Source: Raillietiella orientalis
Lineage: Eukaryota
Assembly (NCBI GenBank): GCA_036172245.1
Contig: JAYWIR010000043.1
Location: 558,001 to 622,000 of the forward strand
Direction of reading: 5' to 3'
DNA length: 64,000 bases
Position numbers and translations under genes: made by a program. Under the pieces are notes generated by a model. It saw only the letters and a program-made list of their open reading frames with translations. It did no database searches and was not told the DNA's origin. Below are positions 51,641-64,000 of this stretch, in pieces (within the stretch, counting starts at the first letter, position 1; each line of letters starts with the position of its first letter).

Positions 51641-54122
51641 GCGGCTCTCCTGGCTTTCCTCATCTTCCACCACCGCACAAGTATGGCGGTGGTGAAGAGA
51701 GCGCTGGTCGTTCTCACCATGGGATTGTAGGAGGGATCATTTCCAGTTCTGAAAGATCCCGGCAAGTGCTTCCAATACGGAACTGGTGGTCATTCCTATA
51801 ATCCTTTTCAGGATTATCCAGTCTCGGAGCAATGTGGGACACGTCAAGAGGTGTAGTCTTTTATCTGTCTCCACATGCCATGCAGTCTTCGTCGTCCCTT
51901 CTTCTCGTGGAATACTTGAGTCTGGACCCGCTCAGGATTTCCTCAATTGGTACGATCCCTTCCACTTAGCCATTATCTGAAAATCTTCCTTTTCCCTTTC
52001 CCACCCTAGTAACGAACTAGAGTGGTAGTCATGGAATACTAATGAGACCTGGCCAATTTTCGCTCTTTGCAAGTCGATGGATCCTGGTGAAACCCCTGGG
52101 CGGTGAGCGGGTTCCACCTCCCACAACGAGCTTGCCGCAGAGATCTTTGCCGCTACATCCGTTCCGGATTTTAAATCGTCGAGCGTCCCGAAGTGCTGAA
52201 TTCCACTGATTCTTCCTAAAGAAGGATCTTCCATATGTCAACCATGTGTTCGTTTGAAGCAACTGTGTGAGCTCAGGCATCACCCGAGTGTCTGCTTGGT
52301 CTTCGTGGAGGTTTCCACGAGGACCTTCTGAAGGCGCCTCCACTGCAGTCACTTCAGCCCTGAGTCTCAAGTTCGAATGTTTCTTGGGACGACCTCTGCG
52401 TGAAGACCACGGAACGATCGAGTTGGGAGGAGCACAAGATGATTCGATGGACCCGGCGATCTGAATGGGTTAGTTCGTGGAAGGAACGCATCGCATGCAT
52501 TCCAGACTGCAGCTTGTACACCGCAGGGCTGCAGAATGTAACATTTCTGGCATCATATACTCGGCAGAGGGGGAAAGTGTCAAGTGTCAGTGTTGCAGCT
52601 TGCGAAAGATCATTCCTCTGGACTTGCACCAAAGTACCGGAACTTGAAACGGTACTTGTCGGTGTACAGCCACCGGATTTCTGTTCCGATTTCGCCGTCC
52701 GTTCCGTTTTCCAACTGAGTTTCCACCACGCGGTCCCCCCCATTCCAACACCGCGCACCCTCTGCATGGCGGTAGGAGTGGGTCACCAATGAATATCGAA
52801 CCGGCGGCTGTAAAGCACGACCGATGCCATCCAGAGTGATGAACCGAAGGACGACACTGCCCTTTCACCCGTGATTCCACCGTTGCACTTACAGTGCCAT
52901 AGCTGCAGGAGAGGTCACCCTGCTCTTTGGAACATGCTGGATGGTTATTTCCAGGAAACCCTCCTACAGCCACTCGGTGAAATCGGCGTTGTGGAATAGC
53001 ACATTTTCAGAAAAAATTGGTTTCCCCTCCGAAATTCTTTTCAACAGCTTCTTGTCTGTTAAAAAGAATGTGGGGCATGCAGAGTCACGCTTATCCAAAA
53101 AGAAGAAGAAAAAAAGCCGATCATTCGGGAAATGTTTGTTATTTGAAGAGAGAGGAAATCCACCGTGGCTGTGCTTCGGTCCACGCCGCCGGTTCATCAC
53201 AAAAGCTTAGCAGCGAAGGACATTTTTATTTCGTTTCGTGCATGTCTTGATGCTCGCATTCGCAAAATGTCCTTCAGCTACGTTTCAAGGGTAGGATACG
53301 ATTACACTGTGTTTGCATTCCACCATTAGTGATGCCCTCTCAGTTTCGGTTTCCGCGTTTTCGCTCGAGAGTGTTTTGCAATTGAATCCCCATCACTTGA
53401 TTTTGGGTCCAGCAAAGCCGCCAGAGCGCAAACGCCTGTTGAATAGGATGAGATGATGAGTGAGGCTTATAGGGCGAAATCAAGGGCGGGGCACATCCGT
53501 TTCGTTGCACACATCTTGTTGACAGCTCGCCGCCCTTGCCTTCTTCGGCTGAGGGATGTTTGCTTGGTTTCACATCCACGTGTTTGAAATGTCCAAAGAG
53601 TCGGAAGAAATATGGGATTTCAGGATGCTGCAGCATCCGAAGCAGAACCTCTCTGTCTCCGCTGCTGGGACGAGATGCTGATTTTTCGACCCGTTCATCG
53701 CAACGAGCTCTGCTCGAAGCTTCGCAGGAGACAAAAGAATGGTCATAAGCCGTAGTGACCCCTTCCAGTCAAAACGCTTCGGAACTTTAAAGGAAGGAAG
53801 GAAGGAATTACTAAGGACATCTTTGTGTATCCTTCCTTTGGCAGCGATTCAGGAGACTTTCTTATGTAGCCATCATTTTCCATGGTAGTTTCTTGAATCT
53901 ACATGTGTCTGAAAGACATTGCTGCTTTCTTGCGCAATTTCTGCGGAAACACAGTGACTGTCACGAAGACGACAACCGCCCGAGAGAAAAAGGACCAATA
54001 CTTTGGACATCACCATTTGGGAACTTATTAGAGGAGGGTCAAAAAAAGAGAAAGAAAATCCATGCTGTTGTCCATAGGCTGGATCTTAAGGTAAGGTCAG
54101 TGCATAGAAGTCTATGCTTCGA

Positions 54123-54126
<4 letters not shown>

Positions 54127-54153
<27 letters not shown>
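54127..54153. repeat. Poly(A)27 tract
   Basis: Direct reading. Confidence 0.9.
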
Positions 54154-55753
54154 TACGGTGACTTCCCTGCATCTGCTTAATCAGCAAATGCGTCCCGGCA
54201 AAAAGAATGGAAGAGTGCGTGGGTAGGAAAGTTTCAGTTCATTGAAATTTGCTGCTGGGTTTCGTTGACGAGGGCACTCCCGAAACGTTTTTGGCGCCCT
54301 GCCCTTGTTTGCATGAGTTTCTGCGGCTGACATCCCAAACATTCTCTTCGAGGGTGTCGTGGAAAACACTCCCGGCCCTCAAGCTTCGACTTGGATGCGC
54401 CCATCCGGTTCGGATTCGGCGTAGCTTTCCACCATCCCTTTTTCCACAGATCTATCTTTTTTATTTCCCGCGGCGTTTTTCTACAAAGGTGGATCCTCGT
54501 GGCGGATCCTATCGCTGACCGTGCCGACCCTGGTTCCCCTGCCGAGAGGGAATCCGCAAGGGACTGCCGCTGTTCCCACCACACGTCTGGACCGCAGAGC
54601 TTTCCAGCGGCGGCGCATCGGTGCAGGGGATGACTCCTTCCGAAAGATCCATCCACCGACGGCTATTTTTAACATGCAGCAGATGATGCTGCTGAGATGC
54701 GTGTATCCTCGTGCAAGGTCTCACCCCAGCAACTTGGTGCTGACTTCTTGTAACCGTTTGCTCTGCAAACAACAACCCTCCTTGAGCTGCCCCGCCGTCG
54801 AAAGGTATGGTTTACTGAACCGGGTCTTACTTCTTTTGCTTGGGTTGCGAAGATCTTTCGGGATCCTTGACATGGGACCTGAGAGCAGATCGTTGTCCTG
54901 CCATCCATGCTTTCTCATCGTACGGGGCACAACGAATGGGAGGTTGAAGTACGCATGGAAACGATCAAGGAGATGCCCCCCTCTCCCCCAGACGAGCGCC
55001 TGTCCCGGCTTCGCATTGGGATGTTCACTCTGGACTAGCTATTTGAGTTTCACGTTCCTTTTTTTTTTTTCCTTCTTCTTCTTTTCTTCCCCCCCTCCCC
55101 CCTTCAAAATTCCTCGCACAAGTAGCAGATGCGATTGGCTGCTTTCTTCGTGCACGTCAAGATGTACCTTTCGGCGGTAACTATGTACATGAGTTCCTCC
55201 GAGTTGAAGATTTTCCCATCCCGTGTCTGGCGGTGCAGTTCCTCGTCGCTTGTAGTTGCATCCTTCTTCCCTTTATGGATGATGACGCTATTTTCGCAGT
55301 GGCATGACTGATCCAGGTGGCTTATGGAAAACTGATATTTTGTCTCAAAAGTAGATCCGTCGGGCGAAGTCGAAACACACACACACACACATAAAAAAAA
55401 AAGAAGAAGAAAAGAAAAGACCATTTATTTATTTGGACCGAATTTCGCAATGAGCAGTGAGTCAGCCTCACTGCTCCAACAGTTCGACTGCTGCAACGCT
55501 GGAGAGCGATTCTTCCTCAATCTGAAAAGCTATTCACGAAGGCTCTCCTTGCTAACAGCGAAGGATCAAATGGCAAATTTTCGACGGCTACAACATCACG
55601 CTCAATTTTTTTTTTTTTTTTTCCCTTCCCGTTTCTTTAGATGTGAGCGGTTTCGGTTTGCGTCACATCCAAGTACGTGGCAGAGGAACAAGTGTAAAAT
55701 TCGACGGATGCTGGAGTGAAGAAAAAAATGTCAGACAGATTAGATTCGTAAGC

Positions 55754-56277
55754 ATGACGACTGCAAAGAAATTTTCTGCCATATCGGCGGTGATCAGTGT
55801 GCTCTCCCTCGTATTGCTTGTAGTGTTCGTGTTTCTCTACCTGAGGCAGTGTGCAGACGATTCCGCCAGTCGAATCCCCAAAAGGGTGACCCCGAAGAAA
55901 TATCTCCGCCTGCCTGTCCACCTGCTTCCCGAATCGTACCAGATCCGTATTCTCCCGTTGATTCACGGGAACCGCACAGTGATCGGTGATCTCACTCTGA
56001 AGATGAGATGCATCAGCCATGGTGAAAACATCACTTTGCATTCGGTACTGTTATCGATAGACGAGAGCAGCATCTCTCTCCAAGAAGACGATTCTCCAAG
56101 AGTGCTGAGGATCTCAGGCAATTCTTATGACGCTGATAAACAGATGCACGTTATCAAGCTTGCGGATCGTGTCGTGCCGAACAAGACCTACACCCTATCC
56201 TTGAAATACCGTGCCGAGCTTTCAGAACACCTCACCGGATTTTACTCGAGCACTTACATGGAGTCGGGGAGCAAAAA
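55754..56277 (+). CDS. APN: Aminopeptidase N-like M1 metallopeptidase, first recognisable coding exon (type II TM anchor plus N-terminal domain); exon starts at 55641 and is open upstream of this ATG
   Basis: TM segment ISAVISVLSLVLLVVFVFLY; M1 motifs YLRLPVHLLPESYQIRI, NITLHS, YTLSLKY..L...LTGFYSSTY; poly-T acceptor ...tttctttag| at 55640; donor AA|gtgagt (phase 2). Confidence 0.93.
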
Positions 56278-56567
56278 GTGAGTACGCAAATTGTAGCGCT
56301 TCCATTCCCACTTGTTGAGGAGAGCCGTCATCGGCAGCCGCGGGAGATCCATTCGGATCCATTTGTTTACAGCGGGAACACTCTCAAGGGGAGCAGCTCG
56401 TGGTCCATTGTGCTCAGCATCCCGAAGGCTTTCGAGCCCGCGCATCGCACTCCAGCGCGGGGACCGAAGGGAAGATGCACGCGTATGTCAGCCATCACAT
56501 CGTCATGCTTAGTGTCCGCAGTGTATTGGAGACACTGAGCATAACGACATAGGCGGCAGTACACGTC

Positions 56568-56602
56568 GATAGGGGGCAGGCGGCGTCCGCCTGCCCCCTA
56601 TC
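56568..56602. repeat. Perfect GC-rich inverted repeat (16 bp stem, 3 nt loop)
   Basis: GATAGGGGGCAGGCGG-CGT-CCGCCTGCCCCCTATC. Confidence 0.95.
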
Positions 56603-59009
56603 AAACCGAGTTCCACGAAGTGAAGGGATTGATGCGTCTCGTTGGATACATGAGACCATCAAGTGGTGCTGGCGATCAACACTCGGATCGTCACCAGTAA
56701 ATGCCAGAATAGAGATCCCATGCCGATAAATTGCTTGTGGGGCCTTCTGCAGGTATGCCAGTGAATTCCCACCCACTGTCCCGTGAGCAGACACGTGCGA
56801 CCGACCCGAAACACCAACGGAAAAATGACTCCTCTTTTTTAATGCGTGCCCATTAATGATCGTAATCGTAGCATTGGTTTCTCCACCGTTTCGAACATGG
56901 AGAGCACCTGCAAGAGCGTCAGAGCTTGAGGGACCTTTCCTCGATTTAGAAAACGCAGTTTACACGTTTGCGATGCGCTTGTGAGCGCTTTTGGAAAGCC
57001 GCCGCCCTTTGCAGATGCAAAAGGCTCACAGCATCACGTGAAAAAAATTACGTACTGCCAAGCGTCTTACAGTGAGACCCCGGACAGCGAGAGCAGCAGT
57101 GCACTGATTCGGGTTCTCTTACTTTGGCATTTGTTTCCGTGGGCCCTCGGAATCCTTGGACTCGGAATTTAGATCAAATGGCTTGGAACCTCTATGGACA
57201 GTTCGAAGCTACGTTCAGGCAGCGTGCGCGTCTAGACGTCTATTTTCACTCTGGTTATTAATAGTTGTGCATACCAGACTCATCGCATCCCAAGATGGAC
57301 CACTTCTTGCAGGTGAAAATTTGGCACACGGATACCTGGAAGGGATACCTGGAACACTCCGGGGTTTGATTGGATTTGTCCTTTGATCCCTCGAGGCCCA
57401 AAGGCGACAGGTTATATCTTTCAGGACACATCCTTGAGGTTCCAAGACTCTGCTGTCCCTTTCCTCCTTGAGGTGCGATCCGAAAACCATGTGTGAAAGC
57501 AGAGGGATCGCTCAGGGATGCACATTCCAGGGCTCAAAGGATAGACCACCATTCGGGAAAAAGGCTCTCCTCATTGGTTTGTTTCGATCCCTTCAACCAC
57601 ATTGTGCATAGAGATGAGTTTCGTGGATGTTGGAGCTATCAATCTGATAATCCTCCGCCCTTGATTTGCCATGGACTTTTCTTTAGAGCTCTGTAAGATT
57701 CGAATGAGGCGGAATGAAATACGAAAAAGACCTCACGTTCTTCCAATGAAGAAAACACCAAAGCATTTTTTTCTTCTAAAAAAAAAAAAAAATGCAGAGC
57801 TGTTCGCTGCATGAGAATTTTAGAATTCGTCAAGGCATCCAAGAAAACTGATTTGGCGGTCTCCAAACAAAGTTTCCTGACGGGAACAAAGAGGATGAAG
57901 CACTAGATGCGATCGGGATGTTCTAGGGGACCATCGAGTGAGGGAGCAGACAGGAGATGGATGTGAAAGAAGCGAGTCACAGCTGTCACTCTCCTCCGGT
58001 TCCCAGAATGATCATTTCGAAGCCTTTGAAATGCAGTCAATACCCAATCGCACAGTTTCGAAAGATCCATTACTAATGCCAAGAAAAAGAAAATCATCAA
58101 AGATCGAGCCAAAGGCCACTTCACATTCTAAATGGTTAAGGAGAAAACCTCACGGAGGAGTGTCGTGCTACCTGTTGCGCCTCCCTCATTTCTCCAGAAA
58201 AGAGAAGGAAAAAAAAAAAAAAAAAGAAAACCCAATCGTATCCGCACATTTCCATCTTTTTGCACGAATTTCGCAATGTACATGCAGGGTGAATGGAACT
58301 CCCGCTCCTTGCAAATGGATTCACATGGAAGACGTGCGTCCGGAAAAAGAAAAGAAAAAGGGGGAATCTACCACGGGACCTCACGAAAAATAATACTAAG
58401 AGAAGAGCGGAAGCTGAAAGAGTGAGCACAGAGAGATTCACCTTGAAGTACCAACGGCGAGAAAACGGATCTGCTGGCTGGAGATGCTGTCAGACGGCGC
58501 CGAGATGACAAAGAGGAATCATCGACTAGACGGAGTGTCTGAGCTGTAAACGGAAGCCAAACGCATGTTCCGAACCGGCGGGAAGCAGGAAGGATGACTC
58601 CCGAAGAAGCAAATTCCGGAGGGAGACGATCCCTTGCGGTGCCTGAGACAGGACACGGAATGTTCCCATGCTTCATCATCACCACCTGCACGCCTCGAGA
58701 TGTTGCATTGCTTTTTATTTCAGGACAGTTTGCGACTGAATGTATCTCATGGAACAAAAAAAAAAAAACACTCGATAGAGTGCGGAAACATAAAAGGGAG
58801 ACGATTCACTTGGTGAGCGATGAGCACATCAGCTTAGGCGGGCACTTCTTTATGGGTACCAAACTGTTTCGAAGAGCTCGTTCTGTGTATCGTGGACGCC
58901 ATCTATCATGTCATTCGAACGTACACTATACAGTAGAACTTAGATCGAGTAGGATGTAGATTAGCTTGCTTGATTCCCAAAGAGCAATAAAAACAGATTC
59001 AGCTCGAAA

Positions 59010-59364
59010 CGATAAGACAATTGGAATAGTGGAAGAACATTGCATTGCATTACCAATGGCATCCTTGCAATTCCATTTCTCCACCTTGTGGTTGTTCTTT
59101 TCACTCGAAAGTTGCTGAAAAGGAAAGTCGTTGCCATAACCACCACCAACGCCAGCACTTGGAAACAAACGGAATGTCCAGCATCCAGTAATTCCATTGT
59201 GGAATGACATCAGTCGCTATCGGTGTCCCCCATAAAACAGCCAAGAACGATTCAATCTCCTCCTCTTCTACGCCAACCGCCAGCTTGAAATAGGCATGAT
59301 TGTTGATGACTGCTGTTGATGACTCGCACACGACATCGCTCAGCACGCACAAATCAACTCCCAC
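59010..59364 (-). mobile_element. piggyBac-like transposase remnant (N-terminal part) in the APN intron
   Basis: VINNHAYFK...VEEEEIESFLAVL...IPQWNYWMLD, then (frameshift) KDAIGNAM..IVLSF, follow the piggyBac pattern TN.YA..K..VT.EEI..F.G.L....P....YW....V..AMSR.RF..I..LHF. Confidence 0.4.
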
Positions 59365-61772
59365 ATTAGTAAATCACCGACAATCTCTTTTACTGCTCCG
59401 ATTTTCCAAGAAGGTTGCTGCTGTTGGTTTCGTGGACACGGGATTTTTAGGAACAGGGTAAAACTTCCTGCTCCTGCTGGGAAGGCTCAATGCGTGCTAA
59501 GACAGCGTTGCAGAGGCATTTTCTCGAGGCAAGCATTCTGCCATCGTGTGGGACCATCTACTGCGTGCCATCTCACTCTGCTCTCACGCCCTCTGACTCG
59601 ACTGCTCCCTCAACTGGCCAAAAAGTCGCACTCGGTTCGAAAAGCCGGAAGAAGAGGCTCCGTGTGAGAACCACAATCTCGAGTTCCGGCTGGCAGATTG
59701 GGGATTTTCACGAGATGCGTGCGGTTTCCATGGAGAGAGAGGACGAACAGAAATGCGAGAATGTGCCGAAGGGTTTCAGAAGAGCACTTTGTAGAAGACA
59801 CTGCGCTGGAGTGCGTTCAAGCACTACTCTACTCGTGGAACATGCTCCTCCCTGTACGAAAGACATGCCAGGACAAACTGGAAACTTCTGTAGGGACAAG
59901 AAAAGCCCAGATAGGTGTGAAAAATATTGCATGACATTTGCTGATGGCTAAGCATTTGAAAATTTCATTAAAGATTCCAAGAAAGATGCTCTATAATGCT
60001 CCCTTGGGGTTCGTCTCCTTGGCCATTTCTCGACCCTAATGCAAAATGGATGAAACCCTGCTCGAGTTTCCTGTGGAAACCCCAGCAGAGTCGAAAACTC
60101 TCTGTTTTTCCGCAATCGTCCACGACGTACGCAGATGAGCAGAATTTTTCCTTTATCGACGTGAAGAGGCAAGGTTTCGAAAGATGCTGCACTTCGAGAC
60201 AGACCGACTGGATGCTGATCCCGCATCTCCGCCGTTGCTGGGCGGAGGGAACTGCCTCGTGTCCCCGTGGCAGTCGCGCCCTTGCGGTTTCGTGCTGGTC
60301 AAACAGCAGATTCGGTCCAGACGGGGAAGCAGCCGAAACCACGCACTCCGCACGCGAGACCAACGCGTCCTCTTTCGGACTTTTCGATATGAGGCTTTAA
60401 CGGATTCCTTTATCTTTGAGGAGTTTCATCAGGAGAAGTGTATTCACGATTGATGGACGCTCCAGGATCTGTGAGCTGTTTCCGCATGCACTGTTTCCCA
60501 AGAGGCTCCATGTGGAAAACAAGCGTTGCCACCGCGGCTCGTGATTTTTTGATCCTCAGAGATCAGAAGGAGCACAGTTCGAAAGAGGGACACGAATGAG
60601 AATAGAAGTGCTCACGAAGAACGCAAAGATCGGCCTTGAAATAATCCGCAGATTCCTCAGTGGTTCCTGAGGTACGTGGATGACTGCTTGCTCCACTTTT
60701 CATTATTTCCTTACATCAGCAAAGTCTTCTAATGGACGCGAGTGCTCCGTGCATTCATTCTATAAAGTAGATTCGCATCAATTCAGGGCACACCGAAATG
60801 CAAAGAGCTTTTGCTTTCCATATTCCACGGAAGATTCCCACGTGGGAGCTCACTTCCACACGAGAAGTACTCCGATGCTCGCCCTTCTGATTTCTGTTCA
60901 ACGAATCGGTTCAGGCAGAATGCGTTGTAAATGGCATCGGAGGAAGACAGAAATCTGTGGAATTCTGGAAAAGGATCGTTTGTGACCGAAGTCAGTCCCC
61001 GAGGCTCTCTGAAAACCAGTTTTGAAAATCGAAAACATTACGCCGATCATTATGTAAACACAAAACAGAAGAACACAGGAAAAAAAAAAGGAATCTTGGT
61101 GAATCGAAATGAAAAGTTCGAGGAGTACTAAAATTGGAAAACTCTTTTCGAGGGATGCTGTAAGACTTATTGGTCCGCTTTAGAAGTGGAGAGATGCTCG
61201 TTAGAAGACGACTGAAAGTTGAGAAAAAGAGTTCCTTTACTTTGAAGCCAGGATCAGTGTTTCTACGACCACCGTCTCCTCGTTATTCGCAATGCTCCGT
61301 TACAGGAGATGATTTTGCAACTGCCATCATTCGGGCTCCAACATAAACCGGAAATGAAAAGAATGTGTGTGGTGGGTTTGGCTCGCATACTGCACATATC
61401 CCTCACTCCATAAGAAGGTGTGGGCAACTGAAAAGCTGGAAAATTTTGTGCAGCAGGGGCTACATCAAGGAACTTCATTTATTGTGTTGCACCGTGTGAC
61501 GCCTGCCTTGTGACCCGCCCGCCCGAGTCCAATCTTCTGGGCAGTGGTGCCTTGGGAGTCTTCTCAAGAGCAGCATCCCAGTCTCTCGAAGTCCATCCCA
61601 GCTTCCAGTTTGAGATTCTCTCCCCGTATTTTAGCAAACATACAGCAAAGGCATAAACGTGTACAATCCCCAATCCCTCGTCTAATATTAGTGACAATCA
61701 CATGCGTTAGTAATGTTTGGCAATGAAGGAATCCTTCTTACGAGGTTCTAATCTTTGTTTTTGTCCTTCGAG

Positions 61773-61928
61773 GTATCTTGCAGTCACTCAGTTCGAACCG
61801 ACGTACGCTCGACAGGCATTCCCCTGCTTTGACGAACCGGGCTTCAAAGCCAGATTCCTTATCACTTTAGGCCGTCCCAGGACCTGGTCATCCATATCGA
61901 ACATGCCTCTGGTGAGAACGGAAGACAT
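61773..61928 (+). CDS. APN: Aminopeptidase N-like, next coding exon: (K)[51 protein letters not shown]
   Basis: Hallmark M1 motif [18 protein letters not shown] and SNMP; phase 2/2; donor AT|gtaagt. The GAMEN/HEXXH exons lie beyond the window. Confidence 0.95.
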
Positions 61929-63865
61929 GTAAGTCGCCTTCTTGAACTCACAATAAACGAAACTGCCTGAAATGATCGCCGTCCGAATACGCTCCTGACA
62001 TTGATGCAGCCTGTCTGTTGCTGCCCCCGCCTTAAGCATCGGTCAACTGCCTGAATGTCCCTTTTGCCAAAACCGGAAGAATGATTTGATAGTTGTTGTA
62101 TGCTCGATGAGAATGGAGCGCCTATCCGTAAGCGGATGCGTGTTAGCAATTTCTGTTCTTCCAATCGGTGCTGCTCGATTTGGGTCAAACGTGCTTTCCA
62201 CATCGGACACGTTGGTACATTTGGTGATGATTTTCAACCCATTGCAGCATTTCTGTCGCATTACGGTTGCAGCACGTTGTGCGGATGATAATATCCAAAC
62301 CAATGTACCAAACCCGAGCCAACCCTACATCCGGGAACACCTCTCGCCCCGGTTATCTGTAATGCTGATGTTCCTTGCGGAACATCTGGCTCTGTTTAAA
62401 AGGTCTGCTGGAATATTTGGTCCATGAGCCAAACTGGTTCATGGTTTATGAATACTGCAAACCTTCGGTTTCATAGAGTTTTATTTACTCTATTTCCGCC
62501 GTAATCCATGATGAATTTTCGGGTTTTGCTCCACCCTTGTCCTCCCTCGTCATCCCGCTCAGCCGGATCACTCTCAAGTCGATCAGCAGTTGCATATGCC
62601 GACCTGGTTGTCACTTTTGCATTCTTCCTACTGGTTCGCAAGCTTGCTCCCGTGTGTTGGATTCTGTCGACGTCGTCGTCAAGTTGGCGGCCGTCTCTGC
62701 GTGTGGCCGTCAAGAAGCCCAACGACAGCTTGCTCGCAGCTTTGCTGTCCGTCTTTTGACACTTCGATGGCCCCCAAAATGGAAAGATGATGCGCTACCA
62801 TCAGCTTTTGGAATTTTCCGTCACCTGCGTTGCTTTTGCTGCAGTCGCCATTCAGTACGGATGTATAGAAGTTCCAAGACCACGGTAGGAATCTTGGAGC
62901 TCCTGGTCAGCACAGTCCATTAGTTCATCCAAATGCTCTTCTACATTCTCCATAATTTACTCAAAGGTTTCGTTCACGTCTTCCAGCGGCACAAATGGGA
63001 GTCCAAACAACGTCGATGCACACTCACGGGTGTTACTCGCTGTTGTCACGTGCGCGCGTTTGAGGCCCAAAGAAGGTGTTTTTCTATTACAATCCAAGGA
63101 GGTTTTCCAAGCGTAGACCTTTCAGACAGGACGAAACATCAAGGACCACTTGCCGCTGGCCAAATGCCTCAGTGGATCCTTCGGACAGGAACGAAAATAT
63201 CCTCTAATCCATTGGGAGCACTTGGTTATATTTCAGTATGCCGTTTCCCCTAAACAATTCTGGGATTTCCTGAAAATGAAACGGGAAGTATTCAGTTTGG
63301 AAGCAGAAGTGTTCGTTTGGGTGAGGAAAATTCAATTTGAAAGGAAGAAAAATTTCATCGAAACGTACAGAAACAAACTGCCTGTCGTACTTAAGAGGAT
63401 GATAGATGCCATCCTACAGGAGTCGTGCTTCAAATCAGATCCTAAGAGAGAGAGAGCGAGGATGAAGAAGATCCAAGCAGTGTTTAGTGCCGCAAATGTT
63501 TCTGTCATTTGAGGCTCTCAACATTGATTTCCAGATATCACCACTGTGGATGGCAGTGGCGAATCTTTGCAATGAAGCAACGCCCGAATTGAAATTTTCA
63601 GCCGGGAGAAAGAACACAGTGAGCCTTTCTGATATTTTTTTTTACTATCTCTCGTGAAGAAGGAGTGTTGTGTAACCATCACTATGAACCCACGTGGCCC
63701 TTTGTGAATTTTTTGCCCTACTGCTTGTAACTGGATGTCTCCTCCACACAAGCACTGATGGATCTCTACTGAGCATTCCTCAAGGCATACTATTTGGAAG
63801 TGCTTATTTTGTCTTGATCCCTATAGTATAGGGAAGCTATGTTGTGGAGCTATTGGAAGCTATTG

Positions 63866-63899
63866 GAAACTGATTCAGAATAACTTCTGAATCAGTTTC
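63866..63899. repeat. Perfect inverted repeat (15 bp stem, 4 nt loop)
   Basis: GAAACTGATTCAGAA-TAAC-TTCTGAATCAGTTTC. Confidence 0.95.
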
Positions 63900-64000
63900 A
63901 AAAGAAAGGCGTATGATCACATTTGAGGTAACCCCCATGGACTCACCAATGGTGAGCCTTCCTTCCGATCAGCGACCGATTTCGGAACCATCTCCAAATT

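Noticed and set aside
52583..52615. SVSVAACERSF, similar to the hAT transposase C-terminal dimerisation motif
   Set aside because: Only ~11 aa match and the flanks lack the expected LxxP before and S.LK..K..LR after; could be chance.
62086..63512. CADD and PKQFWDFLK peptides suggestive of a LINE reverse transcriptase
   Set aside because: Isolated, in the wrong relative order, and without other RT motifs; also no APN exon motifs here.
1..64000. CRISPR array, bacterial operon or defence system, rRNA/tRNA genes
   Set aside because: No regularly spaced repeat-spacer units, no dense prokaryotic coding, and no recognisable rRNA or tRNA; the DNA is spliced and eukaryotic.

Overview
Eukaryotic (invertebrate-like, probably arthropod) genomic DNA: GT-AG spliced genes, microsatellites, long introns with decayed transposon debris. 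No prokaryotic operons, RNA genes or CRISPR arrays were found. Most ORFs in the supplied track are spurious. Two divergently oriented genes can be supported. (1) A minus-strand gene, assembled by hand from 8 phase-compatible exons, runs from ATG 30532 to beyond position 1. It gives about 532 aa in the window and encodes a secreted or membrane protein whose motifs resemble the poorly characterised invertebrate tandem LolA-like/ependymin-related ('tick antigen B-like') proteins. Its 5' end lies in a very GC/CpG-rich island (~29.3-31.7 kb) and it has two introns of exactly 46 nt. (2) A plus-strand type II membrane M1 aminopeptidase (aminopeptidase N-like) has two coding exons here (55641/55754-56277, 61773-61928) and continues off the right end. 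The rest contains three perfect 15-16 bp hairpins, a ~100 bp direct-repeat pair and weak piggyBac, RTE-LINE and Ty3/gypsy gag-like remnants. Family assignments come from remembered motifs, not database searches. I see no firm evidence of a new biological system; the LolA-like gene is the best lead.
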